From assembly GCA_038087875.1 (NCBI GenBank), contig CM075995.1:9612001-9676000 (forward strand): 64,000 nucleotides of DNA. Direction: 5' to 3'. Origin of the DNA: Malacoraja senta (Eukaryota). The position numbers and the translations under genes are program-made. Each line of letters opens with the position of its first letter. Positions within the stretch are counted from its first letter, which is position 1. Positions 52,757-62,113 of the stretch are shown in pieces. The notes under the pieces are model-generated. The model ran no database searches, was not told the DNA's origin, and saw only the letters and a program-made list of their open reading frames with translations.

Positions 52757-53947
52757 ACTGAGACAATAACCTTCTCCGTGACCAAACACTTGGTGACTCT
52801 GTGACTTGGTGATCTCGATAATCACTGTTTCTGTTCCCTTTGTCACTTCCACTATCTCCTGGCCAGCCATGGTTTTACACAAGTGACCAGTGTCCGAGTC
52901 TTGCCAGCAGCTCCTGCCCTTGGATGCACGAACCTCTCTCAATGAGATGCGACTCTGGGCCAGTGCCTTTGCCCGCTGGTTTTTCCCCCGCAGATGCTGC
53001 ACCCATTGGTCTGGTCAGCGGGTCACTGTGGTCACTGGAGTTGGAGAGAGCATCACTTGCTCTGGATTGCCACGCAGCCAATGTGACCGCAGTAGATCCC
53101 CATCGATCCCAATCCCGGCCCGATGCCTCCTGATTCAAATTGAACATCTCACCTCCAGCTCACCAGAGATCTCAGCAAATCACACCTACAAGTGACAGCC
53201 CATGTGTGAGGAAGGGTCAGACACAGAGTGTAGCTCCCTCCTCACTCTCCCATCACACACTCCCATATTGGTTAACAAAACTTTCCTCAACACATTTGGT
53301 AAATTCCACACCATCTAAGCCTTTGGCACTATGACAATCCCAGTCCACAGTAGATTGGGGAAGTTAAAATCCCCAACTACGACAACCCTAATAGTCGCAT
53401 CTGCCTGCAATATCCCGGCATATTTGATCCTATAATTCCCGTTGACTATTTGGGGGCCTACATTACACTTACAACAAGGTAATCATTGGGCTGATGGTGG
53501 AGTTTCTTAGAGCCTTCTGGGATGTCCTGGGGGGTGACTACATGAAGGTCCTGGGGGAGAGCCTGGCGACCAGGGAGATGCCCTTCTCGTGGTGCAGGGC
53601 AGTCGTTGTCCTTGGTTCTTGGTTCTTGGTTTCTTGGTCCTCCAAAATATTCCAAATGGAATTTAAACTGGAGGTGGTGGAGGGAGGACTTAAGCCAGAA
53701 AGGGTTTTGGGAAGAAAGAGCTACCTTAAATTTTACTTCGGAGTCACGTGAGTGACTACGTGAAGAAGACCCCGTCCAGCCGCACACGCGTCATATATCA
53801 TCAGACGCATAGCGCAGCGACCGTGTGTGGAGGAACAGAGCTCCTCCAAGCGGTAAGTTTAAAAAGCCTGAAGGTAAGTGGTTTCACTTTCGCTTTCAGG
53901 TCGCCTTCTTCGGAGAGACTTGTAGTTGTAACACAACACAAGTTAGA

Positions 53948-55400
53948 ATGGAGAAAGGGCGTAAGGAGAGGAGGCGTACCGCAGGTAAAACTCGAAAAAT
54001 CTGCGGTTCTGCGAGTAGCGGGCGCCCGCTTGAGGAGTCGGTGGCAGCGAGGCCATCGACTACAGAAGCAGTTAAAGAAAGTACCGTTGCAGTGCCACTA
54101 GGGCGCAAGGCCAGGCAAATGTCCGTGCGGCCAGTAGACTCTGAGGAGTCAGACCCGGAGGTTCCCCCGCCTCAGGCAGACATTATGTCTACTCGGGTCG
54201 CCAATTGAGAATTCCTCATGGGGAAAATTATTTATCAAGACCCACTCCAGGAGGAATACAGCCCGCGTTGGCCTACGGGAGAGCCAGCGCAGGGAGTGCC
54301 TGGGAAAGGTCCGGCTCAGCATTGGCCTACAGGAGAGCCAGCACCAGCAATGCCTGAACAAGGGCATTTTATTCGTTGGCCTACAGGAGAGCCAGTGCCA
54401 ACAATGTCTGAAGGAAGACAGTATAGGCGTTGGCCTACAGGAGAGCCAGCGCCAACAGCACCTGAAAGAGGGCTGCCTATGCATGGGCCTACAGGAGAGC
54501 CCGCGCGGGGAGCACATGAAAAAGGGTTTACTATGCGTGGGCCTATGGGAGAGCCAGCGCTAGAAACACCTGAAGCAGGGATGCCAGATCGCCCCACCAT
54601 GAGGAGGACTATCTTACGGGGCAGCAAGATTCAGATGACGAATCATATGAAGACCAGAGTCCAATAACAGCGCCTAAAATACCAGGTCTGGCACAAAAAT
54701 TTGCCGTTCCCAGACTAACAGGGGAACCATTGGGAGATGAATTAGCAATGACAATAAATTACTTGCTCTCCCATCAGCTCCAGGAACTGACCATGGATGA
54801 GACTGTCAAAAAATATGAAACCCCGCAGAATTGCGCACTGCTAGCAGTCCCAGCGGTGAATAATGTAATATGGGGCTATTTGGGCATTGCAGTACACCCA
54901 CAAGAAATGAAATTACAGCGGGTGTTGAAATTGCTGGGGTCAGGCATTATGGCTTTTGCCAGCGCTTGGATGAGGAGCACATGTCTGCATCACAACTGGA
55001 TGCCTTAGCACTCATGTGTTGTGCGCACTTTGAAATAAACTGTATTCGTAAAAGTGCTATAAGACCTAACATACATCCTAAGTTTGCGGGGCTCTGTAAA
55101 CCATCTAATATTCAATTGCCTAATCTGCTTTTTGGAGAGAATCTAGCCAAAAGGGTAAAAGACCTGGATGAAGAAGCAAAAACCGATGATGAAACCACTG
55201 GTGCTTGGCAGATCAATTCGAAGGCAGTTTCCCTACCAACGTGTGGTGACTGGGGCCGGTGAAGGAACAAGTGGGTCCTTCCCATATATGCATTATTGGC
55301 GCACTGCTCCTGGGGCACGTGGAGGTTACAGTATTCCCACTAAGTGCAGGGGACAACAATTGCCATCGGCAAACCCCGAGGTAGGTGGGTCTGGTCCTGT
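53948..55400 (+). pseudogene. DIRS ORF1 (gag-like) with six 18-aa WPTGEP repeats
   Basis: ORF pieces 53948-54208, 54218-54667 and 54730-55262; PQNCALLAVPAVN and LLFGENL are shared with the minus copy. The 3' end is approximate. Confidence 0.8.
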
Positions 55401-57387
55401 AAGAGACATATTAAATGTTTCACACTTACAAGTTGGAGGAAGATTACAATTCTTCTTAAAAGAATGGCAAAAAATAACATCTGATGCATTTATACTGTGC
55501 AGTATTGTGGGGTTTTAGAATTGAATTCTACCCATATTTGGATCCTCATACTCAGCATATTTCAAGCCGGACATGTATTTTCTCAAAAGAAGAGAATATG
55601 GAGATTCAGGCAGAACTTGAAATATTGTATAAAAAAGGGGTAATTGAGAAGTCAGTTCATCAACACCACCAATTTGTGTCAAATATTTTTCTTAGATCAA
55701 AAAAGGATGGTGGGTGTAGAATTACTCTAGATCTGACAAGTCTTAACCATTTTGTACTGTATAAACATTTTAAAATGGAGACATTTGCCAATGCTATACA
55801 GCTAATTTCAAGAAAATGCTATATGGCTAGCATAGATCTTCAAGATGCATATTACTCTGTGGCTGTGCATGGTAATGATCAGAGATACTTAAAATTTAGC
55901 TGGATGAGTCAATTATGGCAATTTAAAGCATTGCCTAATGGTTTAACCTCAGCTCCGAGACTATTTACCAAATTGTTAAAACCAATCTTAGCACTACTAA
56001 GAGCTCAGGGCCATTTGGTAATGGCCTATTTGGGGCTGGGATTTAGTATCCATCCAGCTAAGTCCAAACTATTACCAAGCACAGTAATTGATTACTTGGG
56101 TTTCACTATTAATTCAGAACACATGGTAGTGACTCTGCCTAAGGATAAAAGGCAGCAGTTAATTGAAGGTTGTATTAAGCTCATTACACAGCATCAACCC
56201 TCAATTAGGCAGGTAGCAAGCTTGCTTGGCAAACTAATTGCTTCATTTCCGGCTGTACAGTTTGGACCACTGCATTATCAGCAATTACAGCGAGCAAAGG
56301 TAAAGGCATTGAGGATACATTCAGGGCATTTGACAGGCCCATGCAATTACCAGTTGCAGCTATTACTGAAATACAATGGTGGATCAGGAGTGTCTCAAAT
56401 GCTTCCAGAGAAATTCTGGTTGAAACACCTTCCATTATTCTACAGACTGATGTAAGTGCTCTAGGTTGGGGCGCTACTAATACTATTTCCAGCTGTGGAG
56501 GTAGATGGAATGTGGAGGAAGTACCTTTGCTCCAAGAACAGGGGATCAATTACCTAGAGCTTTTAGGAACATTTTATGGGCTTAAAGCTTATTGCTCTAA
56601 TATGCAAAATTTGCATGTTCAGGTACAGATTGACAACACCACGGCAGTAGCGTATGTCATATGGGTGGTATCAAGTCAGAATCTTGTGATAGATTTGGCA
56701 AACGTGATCTGGACCTGGTGTATTACCAGAAACATTTGGCTTTCGGCAATCTACCTACCAGGTAGATTCAACATAGTTGCAGACACAAGGTCACGTAAAT
56801 TCAATGACAATACAGAATGGATGTTGGATCGTGACAAATTGAATAAAATTGTTGCACGGTTCGGGATGCCAGAGATTGACTTGTTTGCATCCAGACTTAA
56901 CCACCAATTACCTAAATATGTGTCATGGGAACCTGATCCTGGGGCAGTAGCGGTGGATGCTTTCTCACTGCATTGGGGTAGAATGTTTCTGTATGCATTT
57001 CCTCCATTTTGCCTCATTAGTCGGTGTATACAGAAGATCAAACAGGACTCTGCTTCAGGAGTATTGGTGGTACCAGACTGGCCTACACAACCATGGTATC
57101 CTCTGGTGTTAAAAATGATCACAAAGCCCCTAATGATTATTCCTAAACATTTTAAGACTTTTGCCTCCATCACAGTGAGGAGGTGCCTGGTGAACTCACT
57201 GTGGTGGATGTTAATTTGTGTTTATTGTGTGTTTTGTCATTTATTATTATATGTATGACTGCAGGCAACGAAATTTCGTTCAGACCGAAAGGTCTGAATG
57301 ACAAATAAAGGAATCTCTCTAATCTCTCTAACTGGTGATTCGCATCCTTTACATGATCGTATTGGTTTGTTGATTTGCAGATTCTAA
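55400..57387 (+). pseudogene. DIRS RT, RNase H and DNA adenine-methyltransferase-like ORF, disrupted
   Basis: KKDGGCR, SIDLQDAYY, LPNGLTSAPRLFTK, INYLEL, QIDNTTA, IDLFASRLN, YAFPPF, VPDWPTQPWY. YLDD is deleted near 56030. Confidence 0.9.
57150..57332 (+). mobile_element. Short retroposon (SINE or LINE tail) inserted in the DIRS
   Basis: GCAACGAAATTTCGTTCAGAC..TGAATGACAA(A)TAAAG matches the Rex1 tail at 9046-9101; (AATCTCTCT)2 tail. Confidence 0.7.
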
Positions 57388-58343
57388 GGAAGCCATATCT
57401 CGGAAGAGGACTATCAGATCGTACTATGGATGTTATTGCAGCAGCCTGGAGGGATAGTACCCAGAAGCAGTACATTTCTTACATAAGGAAATGGGAGGTG
57501 TTTTGCTTAAGGCAGAATATTACATATCACACTGCAGACATCTCAGACGTGTTAGAGTTTCTGTCAACTCTTTATTTTGATTTGCAGTTAAGCTATAGTG
57601 CGATCAATACTGCAAGGAGTGCCCTCTCTGCATATCTATGGAGGGAATCAGAACAAAATCCTGTAGAGTCACACCCTTTGGTCTGTAGGTTTATGAAGGG
57701 AATTTTCAATTCCAAGCCTCCTAGACCCAGGTATACAGAAACCTGGAATGTAAGAGATGTGCTAATGCTCCTTCGTCAATGGACTCCTATTGCAGCTGTG
57801 TCCTAGGCCAAACTTACCATGAAGGTAGTCATGCTCATGGCACTAGTTTCAGCACAGAGAGTGCAAACATTGCAGAAACTACGAATAGACAGGATGAAAA
57901 TAGCAGCAGATGCCATTATGTTCTATGTCTATGATTTGCTCAAAGTAGACCTGGAGTCACAGGATGTAAGTTGTTTTTTTCAGCATATCCTACGGATCCA
58001 CATCTATGTGTAGTATCACATTTACGATGTTACATTGAAGCCACCAGAACCTTAAGAGGTGCAGAATCAGCATTCTTTATCAGCCATAAAAAAAACGCAT
58101 AAGAAAGTGTCGGTTCAGACTATTTCAAGGTGGCTGAAGCAGGTGTTGGTTGATGCAGGTATTGATACTGACAAATTTAAATCTCATTCCACCAGGGCGG
58201 CATCAACATCGACGGCCAAGGATTTGGACGTCCCAATAGACCATATCCTTGCGGCCGCAGGATGGGCAAATTTCACAAGTATTACCATAAGGAGATTACA
58301 GAACCTGGGGTATTTGGTGGTGCTGTTTTGGATTCAGTATTAA
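57375..58343 (+). pseudogene. DIRS tyrosine recombinase, disrupted
   Basis: LSYSAINTARSALS, SAQRVQTL, KSHSTRAAS, AAGW, FHKYYH; one stop and frameshifts. Confidence 0.9.
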
Positions 58344-61300
58344 GTTCCCCCTGGGATAAAGGGGTTACTATTGTTGTGATAAATAAACCATTAACTGATT
58401 GCATCTATGTTATGGTTATGCATTGTTGATTGCTTTACTCATTTAGAGTCAATCAATGCAGTGAGACACCTGGATTTGAATCTACGGCATGAAATCACAG
58501 AGCTTTAAAATCTTCACGTAGTCACTCACGTGACTCCGAAGTAAAATAGTAAGATTAAATGAGAACTTACCAGTTTGAAGTTTGATCTTTATTTTATGAG
58601 GAGTTACGATGTGGGAGTACGTGCCCTCCACTCCCACCCCTCACAAAGGTCAACTGGTAGTTCTAGTCTTCATGTATCTTACTATCATACTTCAGTAATT
58701 ATTATCTGTGATTTCACACCGCTGCTTTGAAGATTGACGCGTGTGCGGCTGGATGGGGTCTTCTTCACGTAGTCCCTCATCGTAACTCCTCATAAAATAA
58801 AGATCAAACTTCAAACTGGTAAGTTCTCGTTTAATCTTACTATTTAGTTGCATCTGGTTGGGTAACTATAGTAGGGTGGAGATTATTCCATGCTTTAATT
58901 GTGCAGGGGAAGAACGAATTGCTGTACACATCTGTCTTGGTAGCTGGAATCACAAATTGGATCGAATGCCCTCGTCTGCTTGGGTTTGGGTTTGGGTTTG
59001 GTGTAGGTCTTGTAATCTACGTCGAGCTGACCATTTAACATTTTGTAAAAACAGGTCAAACGGTGAGCTTCACGTCTGTCTTGGAGAGGTTTCCACCCCA
59101 GAGAATTCAGAAGTTTGGTAACACTCGCTTCTCTCTCATAGGTGTTAGTAACAAATCGAGCTGCCTGTCTTTGGACACGTTCGATGGAAGATTTTTTTTT
59201 GTTTGTGTATGGGTCCCATGCTGCAACTGCGTAGTCCAAATGAGGTCTAACGAGGGTGAAGTATAGCTTCTCCTTGACAGAAGTTGAACAATGATGAAAG
59301 TTGCGCCTCAGAAAATTGAGGACACCTATTGCTTTCACCGTTGCATGATGAGTCTGACCATTCCAGCGCAGATCATTCTGCAATTTGATACCAAGATACT
59401 TGGTTTGTTTGCTGCCCAAGAAGGGTCATCTCCACCTTTTAAAGAACTGTCGCCCAGTCTCCTCAGCACAGATTATAATGTCCTTGCACGGGCAATGGTG
59501 AATTGTTTGGGTCCCGCGCTGTCCCAAGTGATCCACCCGGACCAGTCCTACACAGTCCCGGGACGGTCCATCCAGGACAATATCCATCTGGTCTGGGACC
59601 CGATCCATCTGTCCCAGGGGGCTGGACAGTCAGTCGCCTTTCTCTCCCTTGACCAGGAGAAGGCGTTTGACAGGGTGGATCACGACTACCTTCTTGGGAC
59701 TCTTCAGGCATTCGGATTTGGACCGCATTATGTGGCCCGAATCTGGCTTTTGTACGCTTCTGCGGAATGCCTTTTTAAAGTCAACAGCTCTTTGTTGGCC
59801 CCCATTCACTTTAGGAGGGGGGTACGTCAGGGATGTCCCATGTCCGGCCAGCTGTATTCCATCTGTGTAGAGCCAATCCTGTGCCTTCTCCGGAGGCAGT
59901 TGACAGGCCTGGCTTTACCGGGGCTGGGGGTGGAGGTGGTTCACTCGGCCTACGCTGATGATGTCCTTCTGGTATTCACCGACCCTGTTGACCTGCGGAG
60001 GATGCGTGAGTGCCAGCAGGTTTTCTCAGCTGCATCCTCCGCAAGGACGCCAGGGCGCTGATAGAGGCCTCCTTGGCATGCTATCTTACCGGGGGAGAGC
60101 ATTGGTCGTAAACCAGCTGGTGGCCTCTATGTTGTGTTACCGGCTGGCCTCTATTGTTGTCACCATGGTCCAGAATAGGTTGGCGAACTTCTTCTGGGAA
60201 GAGAGGAATCACTGGGTCTCTGCTGGGGTTCTGAGTCTCCCGTTGGAGGAGGGCGGTCAGGCGATGGTTTGCGTCCGTACCCAGGTGGCAGTTATCCGTC
60301 TCAGGACCCTGCGGAGGTATATGTATTCCGAGTGCCCTCCTAGATGGCACGCGCTTGCGACATACTTTTTCCACCAGTGGCGCTGCCTCCAGGAGGGCAC
60401 AAAGCGGGTATCAGTCGACGTGCTGGGCGGGAGCTGCCTGGCTTTTATTGAGATTTACTGAAAGATAAGAATTTGGTCATCTTCAGCCAGGGCGCTGTTC
60501 CTCAGGGGGAGGGGCTGTTGTGGCTGTGAGAGTGGCCGGTCCTCACCCTGTCACGGTGGGTATCGAGGAGAGGCATGTGCGTGGAGCGATTTCCGGTCGA
60601 ACTTACCCCCGATCCGTCGGAATTGCTCATAGGACCTACGGCCCGGGTCCCTTCCCGAGAGCTGGCCCCAGGCAACATGAGCCGCCTTGCCGAGATGCCC
60701 AGCGTGCCGTTCCGTGACGCTGAGAGGCGCGTACTGTACAGGCTGCTCCTGCACACTATACACTTCCTCACCCTCGTTTTCCATCCTGACACACCCTGGC
60801 GGTCCGTGTTACCACTTGACGGCGGGAACGATCCCCAGTGGAGGTCTCTCTATAGGGGAGTCCTCCCCCTTTACACCAGGGACCTGGGGTGGAAAGTGTT
60901 GCACATGGGTGTGGCCTGCCACGGGTACTTGAGCAATGTGGCAGGCCACACCCATGTGCAACACTTGACCAATGCTCTCTCCCGGCTCTCTTACCGGGTG
61001 AGAGCATTGGTCGTAAACCAGCTGGTGGCCGCTATGTTGTAGTAGAGAGGAATCACTGGGTCTCTGCTGGGGTTCTGAGTCTCCCGTTGGAGGAGGGCGG
61101 TCAGGTGCTGGTTGGCGTCCATACCCAGGTGGCAGTTATCCGTCTCAGGACCGTGCGGAGGTTCATGTATTCTGAGTGTCCTCCTAGATGGCACGTGCTG
61201 GCGACGTACTTTTTCCGCCAGGGGCGCTGCCTCCAGGAGGGCACACAGCTCTTAGTAGCGGACATCAGTCGACACGCTAGGCGGGAGTTGCCTGGCTTTT

Positions 61301-62113
61301 ACCATGATTTACTTAAAGCCAGGAATTTGGTCACCTTCAGCCAGGGCGCTGTTCCTCAGGGGGAGGGGGCTGTCTATAGGGGAGTCCTCTCCCTTTACAC
61401 TGGGGACCTAGGGTGGAGAGTGTTGCACATGGCTGTGGCCTGTAACAGGTACTTGAGCCGGTTCACGGACCCGCCATCAGCCTGTCACTTCTGCGGCGAG
61501 GAAGAGACCGTGTTCCACGTCTACATGCAGTGTGAGAGGTTGTAGCCCCTGTTCAACTATCTGAAGGGGCTGCTCCTCACGTTCTGGCTGCTCCTCAACT
61601 TTTGCCCCACACTCCTGATATTTGGTCACCCGATACAGAGGGGGAAGGTCGGGAAGGACGGGGGGGGTAGGGGGGTCTCCCTGTCGATTTGTTCCTGTGC
61701 CTGACCAAGATGGCCACGTTTGTTAGTATACTGCCAGTTATCAAATTAAAATGTTGTCAACTTTATCAACAATACATTCGACCCCCCGCGGCGACCAGCA
61801 TTCACAGAAGGCCTCCAGAGTCCCCGTGGACAATCTCCAGGGACATGTGGACATGGACGAAGGCCCAGAAGAGGGGCAGGCAGCTGACTCTAATTGATGG
61901 GCAGGTGTGACCATCGACTACCCGCTGCATGGCCATCTTGGTCAATTTTTTAAAATTTGATAACTGTTTCTTGGTAAACATAGCAGAAGCATCCACATCG
62001 TGGGGCTGGAAACTGGAAGTGTCCTGAGCTAATTCTGCTACCACCATCATCTACTGAATTTATTGTACCAACTCCTGCACAGCTACAATCACCAGCCAAC
62101 CAAGTCTTAACAA

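Larger units (their letters stand above)
53731..58842 (+). mobile_element. Full-length DIRS1-type tyrosine-recombinase retrotransposon (ORFs disrupted)
   Basis: Left ITR 53731-53792; ICR 58511-58611 complementary to both termini; right ITR and extension 58735-58842; TTT at both junctions. Confidence 0.95.
53611..59407 (-). mobile_element. 5'-truncated CR1-group LINE of a divergent family, split by the DIRS (pieces 58843-59407 and 53611-53730)
   Basis: KYLGI..LRW, LVRPHLDYAVAAWDPY, ERVQRQAARFV. The frame QPDATK/FKVAL joins across the DIRS. (CCAAGAA)n tail at 53611-53638. Confidence 0.85.
53489..61945 (+). mobile_element. Tx1-clade LINE ORF2 remnant (53489-53610 and 59408-61716, inverted 3' end 61720-61944), host of nested CR1-like and DIRS elements
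   Basis: EFLRAFWDVLG..RAVVV / LLPKKG, HPDQSYTVPGRSIQDN, SLDQEKAFDRVDH, VRQGCPMS, AYADD, CHFCGEEETVFH. Confidence 0.88.

Noticed and set aside
51235..53002. 444-570 aa ORFs
   Set aside because: Artefacts of the homopurine repeat.
54266..54589. CRISPR-like look: conserved ~17-bp repeat with variable ~37-bp spacers (also 23664-24092)
   Set aside because: The units are in-frame coding repeats in a retrotransposon ORF, the spacers are related to each other, there are no cas genes, and the context is vertebrate.
55400..58343. Prokaryotic RT + methyltransferase + integrase defence or phage module
   Set aside because: This domain set with ITR/ICR termini is the known DIRS1 organisation.
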